A stretch of DNA of 64,000 bases from Escherichia coli (GTDB lineage: Bacteria; Pseudomonadota; Gammaproteobacteria; Enterobacterales; Enterobacteriaceae), in NCBI RefSeq assembly GCF_003790525.1, contig NZ_CP033636.1. One strand, written 5' to 3'. The notes below the pieces were generated by a model. It was not told the origin of the DNA and ran no database searches. It saw only the letters and a list, made by a program, of their open reading frames with translations. The translations under genes and the position numbers were made by a program. The first letter of the stretch is position 1; the number at the start of each line of letters is the position of its first letter. This document shows, piece after piece, positions 1 through 10,335 of the stretch.

Positions 1-685
1 AGTGAGCAATCTGCGTTCTTGCCACGGGGAGCCCGTACTGGCCGAGAAGTACCGAGCAGAGCCATTCATTTTCAACCGACGAGCTCATGTCGGCTTTCAT
101 GTTCCCCACAAGTCCGAGCGGTAGCTTGAATATATGCGTCGTTGGTGTATTACCCTCCGGCATACACCACCGATCTTCATGCCACAGTAGGGCTGTTTTC
201 TCCTGAGCACCGGCAATAGATAAACGTAAGTCGTCGTTATCTTCTGGCCTGCCCGGTAGCAATGTCTCCGTGGTATTACGCAAAGTTGCCGCAATTTCTG
301 ATTCAGTAAGCGGGTGATACTTCACGGAATATAAATCAGTGGGTTCATCTCCGTCATGAAGCAGCTGTATCGCGCCCACGCAGTCTTTTCCCAGCTCCGT
401 CAGCAGATCAAAAGGCTCCAGGCTATCGGCCTTGTAACGCATTGCCAGACGTCTGCGTATGCCTTCGCTGTCCGGCAGTAAATTATCAAAATAGTCACGT
501 ACCACATTTCCACGCCAGACCTGGTTCCCGGGAGTAAAAGGAAGGGACAATGACAGCGGCCTTCCCTGTTCGTCAGCAACCCATTCAGGAAGGTATTCTA
601 AGCTGTCTACCCCTTTGCTTTTTTCCCAGTACCCGACTTTGATGCCGTTCATCCAAATTACCAGACGTTGCTGTTTCCGGCTCAT
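1..685 (-). CDS. hipA: HipA-like Ser/Thr kinase toxin, N-terminal part (gene continues past window start)
   Basis: Open minus-strand frame from ATG (complement of 683-685) to the window edge; translation MSRKQQRLVIWMNG...SIAGAQEKTALLW...THIFKLP resembles the HipA N-domain; starts 4 nt after the hipB stop. Confidence 0.7.
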   Translation of the reverse strand, partial: MSRKQQRLVIWMNGIKVGYWEKSKGVDSLEYLPEWVADEQGRPLSLSLPFTPGNQVWRGNVVRDYFDNLLPDSEGIRRRLAMRYKADSLEPFDLLTELGKDCVGAIQLLHDGDEPTDLYSVKYHPLTESEIAATLRNTTETLLPGRPEDNDDLRLSIAGAQEKTALLWHEDRWCMPEGNTPTTHIFKLPLGLVGNMKADMSSSVENEWLCSVLLGQYGLPVARTQIAH

Positions 686-689
686 ATCG

Positions 690-986
690 TTACCAATCCT
701 CCTGTCGTGCAGGTGAGTTTGATTTAAGCATTTCTTCCGTCTGCTTCCTCTCTGAAGAGGTGGTTGCCGAGGAGAAGCTGATTTTTACGCCCAGGATGGA
801 AAACACCTTGAATAGCCGTTCAATGCTCGCACTGGCAGGGTTGGCTTCCAGACGTGAGTATGTCTGTTGAGTGACGCCTAACCTTTCGGACAGGTCTTTT
901 TGCGTCAGGCCATTCGCCTTGCGAAAACCAATGAGCAAGGGACGCAGCTGGTTGAGCGTGTTTAACGGGTAATCATTATTGATCAT
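690..986 (-). CDS. hipB: HipB-like HTH (XRE family) antitoxin/transcriptional regulator
   Basis: 98-aa ORF with helix-turn-helix segment GLTQKDLSERLGVTQQTYSRLE; immediately upstream of hipA in the same orientation. Confidence 0.7.
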   Translation of the reverse strand: MINNDYPLNTLNQLRPLLIGFRKANGLTQKDLSERLGVTQQTYSRLEANPASASIERLFKVFSILGVKISFSSATTSSERKQTEEMLKSNSPARQEDW

Positions 987-1040
987 AAGCTGGCCTCAGT
1001 AGTTTCCTCTGATACACCTTGCAGGCTGTTTCCTAAACAT

Positions 1041-1114
1041 ACACCCTAAAAGCTGTAATATCAAATTAACAGCCTAAAAGCTGTTAAATAGGGCGTACAA
1101 CTTTTAGGCTGTTA
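1041..1114. promoter_or_regulatory. Three copies of an inverted-repeat operator ACAGCCTAAAAGCTGT upstream of hipB (putative autoregulation site)
   Basis: Read directly: acaccctaaaagctgt (1041-1056), aacagcctaaaagctgtt (1068-1085) and its reverse-orientation copy acaacttttaggctgtt (1098-1114), 55-130 bp upstream of the hipB start. Confidence 0.55.
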
Positions 1115-1586
1115 CTATGTGGCAGCATAAATCTTGTTAGCGATACAACTTTATTGTCTCATCGCTCCTCTTTGCAACCAGCTACATACGATCATAAGTG
1201 ACACAACATTAATATGAAGCGACATTCACCAAATTAACCTTCGTCATTTCAGATAGTTAGCTTACTTGCATGTCCTCATCCCATGAAGGGGAGGGCCTAC
1301 CCCTGGCATCGAGCAAAACTGACCACCCTGCCCTTATTAAGACCCCACATGCGGCAATGGTGCCCTGTCCACGCCGCCCGCGATTTTTGAGGAAATGGGA
1401 AGAAAATAAAAAGAAAACAAAAAGTTATCGGCTGAAGTATCGGCGCAGATCGGGAATCAGGCGAAGCCTGACAGCACGTTGGGGCCTGGCAGGGGGCTTG
1501 AGGGATGAGGACATGCAACTCTGATAGCCTTCCCGCCACGGGGTCGGTTAAATTCGTATCCGGCCGGTGCAATTCCAACGGCCGCG

Positions 1587-1979
1587 TTACCAGTTCGCCG
1601 GGTAGCATGGCCAGCAAAGCCAGGCATCGAGCACCCGGGTTTCACTAACGGCCGCTGCATAGACGCCGGTATCCGGAAAGAAATAAACCGGGGTGGCGTT
1701 GTTCAGCTGGTCGCCTTCATCGGCCAGAGCGCCGATCACCTCATGAGGCTTCAGCAGCATATCCGTTAAATATTCATCCGGGTGGATGGCATTCAGCGAT
1801 ATGGCCATCTCCAGAAATTCATCCAGTGTGTGGCGGGTACGATACCCCCGGAAAACCTCGTATGAAGGCGTGACGCATTCACCATCCAGGGAACAGGCAT
1901 CGTACCCGGCCAGCTGCTCTTCGGTGAGTCCGGAGGCATGCTTTGCCACAAGATTCGTAAACTGCTCTTTATCGTCCAT
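1587..1979 (-). CDS. hypothetical protein (about 130 aa)
   Basis: ORF with ATG at 1979 preceded by AAGGA; the track ORF 1587..2018 begins at an upstream GTG; no motif recognised. Confidence 0.4.
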   Translation of the reverse strand: MDDKEQFTNLVAKHASGLTEEQLAGYDACSLDGECVTPSYEVFRGYRTRHTLDEFLEMAISLNAIHPDEYLTDMLLKPHEVIGALADEGDQLNNATPVYFFPDTGVYAAAVSETRVLDAWLCWPCYPANW

Positions 1980-2321
1980 CACAATCCTTACTCTGTAGGG
2001 GCCTGTTTGTGTTATCACTGCTTCCGGATTTTACATCGCACAACCCGGCAGGTATCCGGTCGCCCGGGCGTCCTTTGCGGTCATGTTAGCCTTTGGCCTG
2101 TATTACGACGAATCCCTTTCACTACACGGGCTCGCAGGGTGACACCTCCCCTTTTCACCGGAAGCGAAAGAGGAAGAACAGTTTAACAGCCCGGATCCTC
2201 AATAATTTTTGCATAACGGACTAAATGACCGGTTTATGCAGCCCCTGTTACTTACTGTCGCGGTAAGGATAAAACCCTGGTTATGAAACAGAGTTTGTAT
2301 CGACGTTTAGGTTTTGGTTGA

Positions 2322-2693
2322 ATGAGTAACTCTAAGCAACCGGAATATGACATGGCCAAAGTACAAGGGCTCTTTGTTGGATACCGAAAATTTGCTGTTG
2401 ATCGCGAGTGGCTTCGGCAGCAGGAAGAACAACGTTATCGGGATCGCCAGCGACAATTTGATGAATGGTCCAGAAAATGGGTCACTGTAACTAGGCTAAA
2501 AGAGACTCGTTTATGGACTGACGGAGCCATCAGGCGATGGCTGGGTGAACCTCAGCAACAGGGTAAATATAAAGTTTTCCCCGTTGAAGCGGTTTTGGCT
2601 GCTGAGAAGTTGAATGAGTTTCAGCTCTGGCTTAAACCCCGGCTGGAAAAGAAACGTGCCCAGCATCACCACTTTTTAATTCCATTTCTGTAA
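2322..2693 (+). CDS. hypothetical protein (123 aa)
   Basis: ORF from track; charged, Arg/Gln-rich; no recognisable domain. Confidence 0.35.
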   Translation: MSNSKQPEYDMAKVQGLFVGYRKFAVDREWLRQQEEQRYRDRQRQFDEWSRKWVTVTRLKETRLWTDGAIRRWLGEPQQQGKYKVFPVEAVLAAEKLNEFQLWLKPRLEKKRAQHHHFLIPFL

Positions 2694-2784
2694 AGTAGAA
2701 ACAACGACAGTTCCGGCTGCATTCAAGGCTTCGGCATCTGGTCAGAAGTAAAGCGCCATTTTTCATTATAAGGGAGGTTAGATA

Positions 2785-2976
2785 GTGGAAGGTATTGAGA
2801 CACTGAGTTTGCGGCTTGATGAGAACGAAACTATGGCCCTTGCTCAATTTGTTAAACGTCTGAGCTGGAGCGATCTACGTGGTTGTGCTGTGAGTGACGA
2901 AGAAGCCTGGGTAATGAAAAGCGCAGTTGATAAATTACAACAGGCGTTAAGGGAAGAAGGTTATGCGCCTCGATGA
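2785..2976 (+). CDS. hypothetical small protein (63 aa)
   Basis: GTG start preceded by AAGGGAGG Shine-Dalgarno. Confidence 0.35.
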   Translation: MEGIETLSLRLDENETMALAQFVKRLSWSDLRGCAVSDEEAWVMKSAVDKLQQALREEGYAPR

Positions 2977-3025
2977 TGCAGGCTTCGTGTTATTTTCCGA
3001 TGACAAATTTTCTTAAGGACTAAGT

Positions 3026-3307
3026 ATGAGCCAGCACTGGTATGAGGTGAAAAGCAATCAGGGAATTGTTCAGGTGATGTTAGGCTGGGATCCACCTTTG
3101 CAGTGGTTTCATATGTGCATTGATTATGACATTAATGCAGCAGAAGACCCACTCTATACTAATCTGGCTGAACCTGATCCCTACTACGTTACTCCGGAAT
3201 ATCTGCAATTTGTACTTGAACGCTTCGAAATAACGGATATTGTAATAAAGCCCGATACCTCTGGGCTTTACGAAGAATTATTAATGGATCAGCTTTTAGA
3301 CCGATAG
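3026..3307 (+). CDS. hypothetical protein (93 aa)
   Basis: ORF from track; ATG preceded by AAGGA. Confidence 0.4.
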   Translation: MSQHWYEVKSNQGIVQVMLGWDPPLQWFHMCIDYDINAAEDPLYTNLAEPDPYYVTPEYLQFVLERFEITDIVIKPDTSGLYEELLMDQLLDR

Positions 3308-3647
3308 CTAAGCTGCCAGCAACAGACGTGCTGACATAATCGTCACTTAACTGTAATGTCAGATACTTCAGGTACAAATGTCCGGACTCGTTTGAAACCT
3401 ATCCAAAACTGTAAATATATTTTCGTTATAATATAACCTTAATTGAATTGCTTTCTAACAGTTCCCACTCTTCTTTTCTAAGTACATTTTTAATTATTGT
3501 TCCATTGGCAAGCGTCAGCTCATACTCCCTGTCACTATAAATAAGGTTTTTATTTTCGACTCGTCGAAAGCTGGTAATGGCAACCTTTCTTTATCCACCT
3601 AACGAATAATTATCTTTGATTTCTGCGAACATTTAAACTCCCGTATA

Positions 3648-3780
3648 TTAACGTCTTAAAGACAACTGAACCTTCTCGGCCCTTTCTGCGCCCCGACTAA
3701 TGATACTATCGTAGTTGTCGATTTCATCATCAGTTGGTGATTCTTCAGCTATCCATTTCAGGTACTTGATGCGGTCCATA
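3648..3780 (-). CDS. possible small protein (43 aa), not in ORF track
   Basis: Minus-strand ATG at 3778-3780 preceded by strong SD CAGGGAGGAGCAT; translation MDRIKYLKWIAEESPTDDEIDNYDSIISRGAERAEKVQLSLRR; below the track length cutoff. Confidence 0.3.
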
Positions 3781-3869
3781 TGCTCCTCCCTGTACGATTT
3801 CCAGTGAACAAAGGCTCTACAGTATTAAGCTGCTGTAGAGCTCCTTTAACCATGCGAAAACTGTGCGTA

Positions 3870-5111
3870 TTACAGGATGCCTAACCTTTTTGTTTCATCG
3901 ATCCACGGTCTGAATTCTTCCAGTAAATTATCATATAACTTTTCATCGCTGATCGAACCGAAATCATCCATGGCAAAGAAGTGGGTGTTATCAACCCGGC
4001 GGTCAGTAAAGTCATCCAGATTTTTGAGGATACCGTAGCTTGAACCACCCAGGCCGACAAACTTCCAGAAGATGGGGTAGTTGGCAGAACGCCGGATTGC
4101 ATCTTTAATCGCCCGGGTCTTGCTGATCCCGCCATCGGTAATAAATACAACATATACCGGGATTTTCGAGTCCTTAAAGTAGTCGACAATTTCTTCCATC
4201 ACAGGGGGCTCATTGTTTGTCCCACCAAGTCCCGGCAGGTTCTCCCAGGCTGAACGCTTTCCAGACCCGCGAATGGACTGAATATATGTGTCCAGGTTGT
4301 CCAGTGTGACGTTTGGATACTTCTTGTGCTTCTCTCCAAATCCCCAGACATCCATTTCACCGTCGTCGTCGAACTGGGCGGCAAGAACGGCGATGCGGTC
4401 CAGCACAGACTGAACGTTGCCCTTACTGAACTGGCCACTCATTGAGCCGGATGCGTCAAGTACAAATGCAACCGCTGCCTCAAGGGTGTCCAGTTTATTT
4501 TTAGTGAGACTGACCGAGGCTTTTTTAGCGAGGCTTACGAGGCGCGGAGATCTGGTTTCAAGTTTCTTTTCCAGACTGATACGAGCAGGCTTTGCTGGCT
4601 GCGGAGCTGGCTGTGCGACATCAACGCCAAAGCTAATGGCCAGAGGCTCAAGACCACCGTTGAAACCCTGCCCGAGCGCACGAAGCTTCCAGGCGCCATT
4701 GTGCCGATATACTTCACCCAGGATGATTGCTTTCTCACTGCGGCCCTGAGTCTCAGCCTGAAAATCAGCGATACCAGGAGCCTGAATGCTCAATAAACTG
4801 AGCCCACTGATAGTATCTTCACCATCAATGACAACGGTGATCGCAATCTTACTGACGTTCGCCGGAACACGATCCAGTGCTATCTCAATGCTGGACTGCT
4901 GAGAACCGGTAACGAGCTTTACTGCCCCTTCAGGAGAAGACAGATTATTATAAAAGATAAAGTCAGAATCGCCGGTTACCTTTCCCTGAGCATTAAGCAG
5001 GAAGAGGCAGGTATCGGGTTCGCCTTTAAAGCCGGATTTGGCAGGGTACTGAAGATTCAGCCTGATCGCAGATTGCTGAAGCGGTATGTTTTGTCCGGAT
5101 TGTAGATTCAC
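3870..5111 (-). CDS. terF: TerF-like tellurite resistance protein (N-terminal TerD domain fused to C-terminal vWA domain)
   Basis: 413 aa; N-terminal TerD-type sequence ([10 protein letters not shown]...[19 protein letters not shown]), C-terminal vWA MIDAS motif (VLDASGSM...FITDG); AGGAG SD before the ATG. Confidence 0.8.
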
Positions 5112-5206
5112 ATTAACTCTCCTGATTTTTGATTATTTTTAAAGCGCAGCGCTTATATATGTTCCCCAGGCTTAGTTCAGGACGCTGGATTTCTGGTGAG
5201 GCGTAT

Positions 5207-5225
5207 ATATGGTGTGACACCATAT
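5207..5225. promoter_or_regulatory. 19-bp perfect palindrome ATATGGTGTGACACCATAT upstream of terF (candidate operator)
   Basis: Read directly; about 95 bp upstream of the terF start, in the terE-terF intergenic region. Confidence 0.4.
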
Positions 5226-5497
5226 TTCATCACGCTGAAGTTTCTATACCTGTTGAACTGGAATTTTGATTGACCGGGTATCTTATGTTCCAGATCCCGT
5301 TCCTTCATAAACCGCAAAAGTAACATATATCAGAGGGGCATTCTGTTGATAAAAGGCACGGAATACCGGCTTTAACCAGCAACCAGAGATAAATCCGTTT
5401 CCTGCCTTTAAAAGGCTCAGGTCTGAATTAACATGACCTGCTTTCTGAAATTTCCAGTCCCCTTTCTACTACTCCCTCCTGAAAGCGGATCGCAACC

Positions 5498-5522
5498 AAA
5501 AAAAACCCCGGCATTGCCGGGG
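5498..5522 (-). terminator. Rho-independent terminator after terE
   Basis: On the minus strand: CCCCGGC-AAT-GCCGGGG hairpin followed by a T8 run, about 20 nt past the terE stop. Confidence 0.65.
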
Positions 5523-5539
5523 TATGATTCAGCGTTGTT

Positions 5540-6115
5540 TTAGATGTTAACGCCGTGCTGGGAGGCAAGAGCCGCCAGGCCACCGGCAAAGCCCTGACCG
5601 ACAGCTTTAAACTTCCACTCAGCGCCATGACGATACAGTTCACCGAAGACCATAGCGGTTTCGGTTGAGGCATCTTCAGACAGATCGAAACGGGCAATTT
5701 CCGTGCCGTTGTCGTTGTTGTAAACGCGTATGAAGCTGTTGCTCACCATGCCGAAGTTTTGTTTACGCGCTTCTGCATCATAGATGGTAACGGCAAACAC
5801 CAGTTTTTTGATATCTGCTGAGACTTTGGTCAGATCGATTTTGACCTGCTCATCGTCACCGTCGCCTTCACCGGTACGGTTGTCGCCCTGGTGCTCTACC
5901 GCGCCATCAGGGCTGGTTTTGTTATTGAAGAAAATGAAATGCGCATCTGACAGCACTTTACCGTCTTCGCCTACTGCGAACACGGAAGCGTCCAGGTCAA
6001 AAGCCTGACCGTCAGTTACACGGGCATCCCAGCCGAGGCCAACCATAGCGATATTCATGGTTGGTGCTTCTTTGGTCAGAGATACGTTGCCGCCTTTTAC
6101 GAGAGAAACTGCCAT
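5540..6115 (-). CDS. terE: TerE tellurite resistance protein (TerD domain)
   Basis: 191 aa from the internal ATG at 6115 (AGGAG SD); [13 protein letters not shown]... shows the TerD-family pattern; the longer track ORF (to 6319) is an in-frame upstream extension. Confidence 0.85.
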   Translation of the reverse strand: MAVSLVKGGNVSLTKEAPTMNIAMVGLGWDARVTDGQAFDLDASVFAVGEDGKVLSDAHFIFFNNKTSPDGAVEHQGDNRTGEGDGDDEQVKIDLTKVSADIKKLVFAVTIYDAEARKQNFGMVSNSFIRVYNNDNGTEIARFDLSEDASTETAMVFGELYRHGAEWKFKAVGQGFAGGLAALASQHGVNI

Positions 6116-6167
6116 TTTTAGCTCCTGCAAACAGTTGAATGAGGGCTGCATTAACAGCCCCGGGTGA

Positions 6168-6178
6168 AAAGTTACTTT
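6168..6178. repeat. AAAGTWACTTT palindrome copy 1 (intergenic terD-terE)
   Basis: Exact match gAAAAGTTACTTTTc read from sequence. Confidence 0.9.
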
Positions 6179-6182
6179 TCGA

Positions 6183-6761
6183 TCAGGACGCGTTAATGCC
6201 GTACTGAGCACATACAGATGCCAGACCACCAGCATAACCCTGGCCCACTGCGCGGAATTTCCACTCACCATTGTGGCGATACAGCTCGCCGAACAGCATG
6301 GCAGTCTCAGTGGACGCATCTTCGGTCAGATCGTAGCGAGCGACTTCAGTCTGGTTATCGTCATTGACCAGGCGAATAAACGCACCGGATACCTGACCAA
6401 AGCTCTGGCGACGAGCCTGAGCATCATGGATAGTGACAACGAAGATGATCTTGTCAACATCAGACGGGACGGCGTCCAGTTTAATTTTCAGCGATTCATC
6501 ATCACCATCACCTTCACCGGTACGGTTATCACCGGTATGGGTTACGGAACCGTCAGATGACGTCAGGTTGTTATAGAAGATGAAATCTGAATCGCCGCGC
6601 ACTTTGCCGTTTGAGGCCAGCAGGAACGCTGAAGCATCCAGGTCAAAGTCCTGACCGTCTGTTGAACGCGCATCCCAGCCAAGGCCCACCAGGACGTTTT
6701 TCATTGACGGAGCTGCTTTACTCAGGGAGACGTTCCCGCCTTTGGAAAGAGAAACACTCAT
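6183..6761 (-). CDS. terD: TerD tellurite resistance protein
   Basis: 192 aa; [15 protein letters not shown]...[10 protein letters not shown]...[19 protein letters not shown]; AAGAGG SD. Confidence 0.9.
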   Translation of the reverse strand: MSVSLSKGGNVSLSKAAPSMKNVLVGLGWDARSTDGQDFDLDASAFLLASNGKVRGDSDFIFYNNLTSSDGSVTHTGDNRTGEGDGDDESLKIKLDAVPSDVDKIIFVVTIHDAQARRQSFGQVSGAFIRLVNDDNQTEVARYDLTEDASTETAMLFGELYRHNGEWKFRAVGQGYAGGLASVCAQYGINAS

Positions 6762-6809
6762 AAAATAACCTCTTCGATTAGTAATTGTTCAGGTTAACAC
6801 TTAAGGGGA

Positions 6810-7850
6810 TTAACTCCCCTTTTCCTCAGATTCAGGTTTGCCCGGGAACATGACGCTTGCGAGAATGCCCAGCGCCAGTACACCCAGTACAACATACAGG
6901 CTGGTTGTTGCCGCGATGCTGTAACCATGATGCCAGATGTGATCGGTCGCATTCAGGCCGAGTTTTGCCGCGATGAAGAACAGCAGCACGATAACGGCCT
7001 TCTCCAGATGAACCAGGTACTGTTTCAGTGCCTCAAGGACAAAGTACAGAGTACGCAGGCCCAGGATAGCAAACATCATGGCACTATAGACGATAAGCGG
7101 TTCACGACTGACGGCAATGATTGCCGGTACCGAGTCAAACGCGAACATTACGTCCGAGAGTTCAACCACAGCTACACACAGGAACAGCGGGGTCGCATAC
7201 AGCGCCGCTTTTTTACCACGGCCAATGGTGACATCGCTGTTTTCTGGTTTCGCCAGTTCAGCATCCACTTCCTTCTGGTTAAGCAGGAAGGCATGCCCTC
7301 TGAGCTTCGGCCAGATAGGGAAGAAGCGTTTAACCATGCGGTAAGCCAGATGCTGGGAGTAATCCTCAATTTCATCATCGTCATCACCGCTTTTAAGCAT
7401 CATGACCGCTGTCCAGGCAACGATAATAGCGAAGACAACTTCAACGTACGGCCCCAGACTCAGCAGGCTCGTACCGATGGCGACAAAGATGCCCCTGAAG
7501 ACAATGGCACCAATGATCCCCCAGTAGAGAACACGGTGGCGATAACGATCCGGAACGGCGAACCAGGAGAAGATGGCCATCATGACGAACAGGTTATCGA
7601 CCGACAGCACTTTCTCCAGCGCATAACCCGTGACAAACAGACTGGCAACCTCAGCACCGTGGTGGATATAGAGGAAACCGGCAAATGCCATCGCAACCAC
7701 AACCCAGAATACGGACCAGAGCGCCGCACTCTTCAGCGAGATAGGCTTGTCATCACGGTGCATAAACAGGTCAATAAAGATGGCACCGACTGAAAGCGCA
7801 ATAAAAACAATGACCGTTTCAGTCGGGAAGCCGATGTGTGTGGAAACCAT
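6810..7850 (-). CDS. terC: TerC integral membrane protein
   Basis: 346 aa, multiple hydrophobic helices and an acidic loop (DDDDEIED); position between terB and terD. Confidence 0.85.
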   Translation of the reverse strand: MVSTHIGFPTETVIVFIALSVGAIFIDLFMHRDDKPISLKSAALWSVFWVVVAMAFAGFLYIHHGAEVASLFVTGYALEKVLSVDNLFVMMAIFSWFAVPDRYRHRVLYWGIIGAIVFRGIFVAIGTSLLSLGPYVEVVFAIIVAWTAVMMLKSGDDDDEIEDYSQHLAYRMVKRFFPIWPKLRGHAFLLNQKEVDAELAKPENSDVTIGRGKKAALYATPLFLCVAVVELSDVMFAFDSVPAIIAVSREPLIVYSAMMFAILGLRTLYFVLEALKQYLVHLEKAVIVLLFFIAAKLGLNATDHIWHHGYSIAATTSLYVVLGVLALGILASVMFPGKPESEEKGS

Positions 7851-7872
7851 ATTTTACCCTTAGGGATGTGGA

Positions 7873-8328
7873 TCAGAGGCCAAATTCAGCCGGGTCGAAG
7901 CCCAACGCGATAGCGATCTCGCGGGAGGCCAGTTTCTCGTCCTGATCGAAGTTACCGTCACTTTTCGCAACGGCAATACCAACACGTAAGGCCAGCTGAG
8001 CGGCCTCAGGCTGATCTTTCAGCGCCAGGATGTATTTCATGGTTTCGCCCTTGCCGATTTCAACATCGAAATCGAAGCTTGAAACCAGTTTATTGAAGAA
8101 CTCAATCACCTCATTGGTATCGAAGACCTTCAGCTCTTCTGAAGAGCGCAGAAAGCCCATCATTTTCTGCTTTTCTTCCGAACTTACGCCGTCACTCGAT
8201 ACGGCAATACGGGCACATACAGCAACGGTGCCCTGCATGAATTTTTTGTTTTTGAAACGGCCAACCTGGCGGGTCAGTTCGTCACGGCCTGAGTTAATGG
8301 CACCTTTAACTTTGTCGAAAAAGCTCAT
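7873..8328 (-). CDS. terB: TerB tellurite resistance protein
   Basis: 151 aa from the internal ATG at 8328 (AGGA SD); MSFFDKVKGAINSGRDELTRQ...; the track ORF extends 20 codons upstream. Confidence 0.8.
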   Translation of the reverse strand: MSFFDKVKGAINSGRDELTRQVGRFKNKKFMQGTVAVCARIAVSSDGVSSEEKQKMMGFLRSSEELKVFDTNEVIEFFNKLVSSFDFDVEIGKGETMKYILALKDQPEAAQLALRVGIAVAKSDGNFDQDEKLASREIAIALGFDPAEFGL

Positions 8329-8350
8329 ACCTGTTTCCTTTGTTGCTGTG

Positions 8351-9508
8351 TTATTTAGAACCGGCGCTCCAGCGAAATCCCCAGCCAAATGCCCGGTCCA
8401 TTTCGTCCTGGCCTTTGAAGTACTGGTTAATTCGCTCGACTTTAATTGCGCCGTTTTCGTTTACGAGTCTGGCAATGGCGCACAATGTGCGACGGTTTTC
8501 ACCTTCGGTCAGGCGGGTCTCAATGGGCGGTTGATCCGGCACATGAATGGTGACCACACCATCAGTCTTGTCCCAGCTGGGAACACCTTCATAAATAAAG
8601 GCGTAAATCAGCACTTCGCGGATATGCTTCCATTCACGTCCATTGATATGCAGCCACTCGCCGTCTGATACATCACCCGTACGGTCATCGCCCTTGAGCT
8701 GAACATACGGTTCATCCCGATAATTACCGAATGCATTACCGAGCGCCTGAATGACCGATTTATACCCGTCCTGAAGCTCAACAAAGGCCCCCAGATCCAG
8801 GTCGATTCCTTTGGAGCCGAACATGCCTGCAAAGCCTGATTTGCCGCTGCCCCGGTGCCAGTTCAGGTTGATCCGGATTTCACCGAAGTTATCCCGTTTG
8901 GTCAGGCTGATTGCAGGCTTCTCTTTTGTCAGCGATACCTTGCTCAGGCTGATTTTTGTCTCAACTGGCGGAGGGGTTACAACCGGAGGAGTCGGGGCTG
9001 CGGGAGCCGGTTCGTCGGCAATATTTACGCCGAAATGCTCTGCCAGCGGTTTAAGTCCACCGTTGAACCCCTGCGCAACGAAGCGGAATTTCCAGTCATT
9101 ATTACGACGGTAAAATTCACCCAGAATTAAGGCTGCTTCCTGACGGCCGCTCAGTTCGACACTGCCGCTAACCAGGCCGGTAGCCCCTTGCTCCACGTCG
9201 ATGGAAAGATTACGAAGACCGGACACCGTCTGCCCACCGTCACAGGTCACGGTGAACGCAATTTTCTGGACATCAGGTTTCAGCCGGTTGAGCGCGACAG
9301 TAAAGGTTGAGTACTGGCCTTCACTGACCAGGCTGACGGTACCATCATCGTTACGTGGCTGACCATAAAACACCATGTCCGCATCACCCTGCACCTTCCC
9401 GTCGGCATACAGGCGAAACGCCGAAGCATCCACCTGGCCGCCCGAGGTGATCCGGACCCGCAACTCCTGGGCTGGAACGGGGGCATTGCCCCCCGGCGTC
9501 AGGTTCAT
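8351..9508 (-). CDS. terA: TerA tellurite resistance protein (tandem TerD-like domains)
   Basis: 385 aa; TerD-like blocks; start overlaps the terZ stop by 1 nt. Confidence 0.8.
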   Translation of the reverse strand: MNLTPGGNAPVPAQELRVRITSGGQVDASAFRLYADGKVQGDADMVFYGQPRNDDGTVSLVSEGQYSTFTVALNRLKPDVQKIAFTVTCDGGQTVSGLRNLSIDVEQGATGLVSGSVELSGRQEAALILGEFYRRNNDWKFRFVAQGFNGGLKPLAEHFGVNIADEPAPAAPTPPVVTPPPVETKISLSKVSLTKEKPAISLTKRDNFGEIRINLNWHRGSGKSGFAGMFGSKGIDLDLGAFVELQDGYKSVIQALGNAFGNYRDEPYVQLKGDDRTGDVSDGEWLHINGREWKHIREVLIYAFIYEGVPSWDKTDGVVTIHVPDQPPIETRLTEGENRRTLCAIARLVNENGAIKVERINQYFKGQDEMDRAFGWGFRWSAGSK

Positions 9509-10089
9509 TAGCGAATAACCGCTGAAACGATATCGGAGTGCATATCGTCAATTGTGCGGCCGCGACAGGCATGGCCAAGGGCGGTAAAGTCCCAGTTGCC
9601 GTTATTACGGCGCAGCGAAGAAATAACGATCCCGGTATGTGAGCCCTGCTCAGTCAGCTTGTAGCGAGCCAGCTCTTTGCCGGTTTGATCGACAACGCGG
9701 CAGAACGCGTTTTCGACGTCATTGAACGACTGACCACGGAAGCTGTTTACCGTAAACGCCAGGTATTCAACGTTTGCAGGCAGTCGGGAGAGGTTGACCT
9801 TAATCACCTCATCGTCACCGTCACCCTCACCGGTCAGGTTATCGCCACTGTGCACAACAGCGCCGCAGGTGGATTCCAGTTTGCGGAACCAGATGGTGTC
9901 AATTGTTTTACCGGTGCTGTCCATTAATACGCAGCCAGCATCGAGATCGATTGAGTCGTTGCCTCCAAACAATCCTCCAAGAAGACCTTTTTTCTTAACC
10001 GGATCCCAACCGAGACCGAAATGAAGCTGGCTTAATGCAGATGATTCTTTGCTGAGTGATACCGTCTGGTTCTTAACTAATGAAACCAT
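9508..10089 (-). CDS. terZ: TerZ tellurite resistance protein (TerD domain)
   Basis: 193 aa; MVSLVKNQTVSLSKE...[13 protein letters not shown]; AAGGA SD; first gene of the minus-strand ter operon. Confidence 0.85.
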   Translation of the reverse strand: MVSLVKNQTVSLSKESSALSQLHFGLGWDPVKKKGLLGGLFGGNDSIDLDAGCVLMDSTGKTIDTIWFRKLESTCGAVVHSGDNLTGEGDGDDEVIKVNLSRLPANVEYLAFTVNSFRGQSFNDVENAFCRVVDQTGKELARYKLTEQGSHTGIVISSLRRNNGNWDFTALGHACRGRTIDDMHSDIVSAVIR

Positions 10090-10335
10090 GTTTTATTCCT
10101 TAAAATGGTAATGACCGAGACAATCAAAGGTATATTTAGTAACTGACGAAGAAAATCATATCATGATGAAGTTCTCTGACAAGGGAAATTTTGGTAGTTT
10201 TCTTCAAAAACACAAAAATAAATCCTTTTCATGGTGTTCATTTTTCTATTTTTAATTTAAATATCAATACGTTATAAGGTACTAAAAAAACACTGACGCA
10301 CTCCATAACCACTGAAGTTATTAATCATATTATGA

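Noticed and set aside
1270-1524. 84-aa ORF in a GC-rich stretch between hipB and the 1587 gene
   Set aside because: No SD; Arg-rich low-complexity translation; overlapping ORFs on both strands suggest non-coding or decayed sequence
5540-6319. Long form of terE (259 aa) and similar 5-prime extensions of terB, the HAD gene, terY3 and the kinase
   Set aside because: The extensions overlap upstream genes or terminators and lack SD sequences, whereas internal starts have good SD sequences and give canonical protein lengths
6927-7793. 288-aa plus-strand ORF
   Set aside because: Lies entirely antisense to the well-supported terC gene; low-complexity translation; treated as a shadow ORF
8030-8668. 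212-aa plus-strand ORF
   Set aside because: Antisense to terB and terA; no SD; shadow ORF
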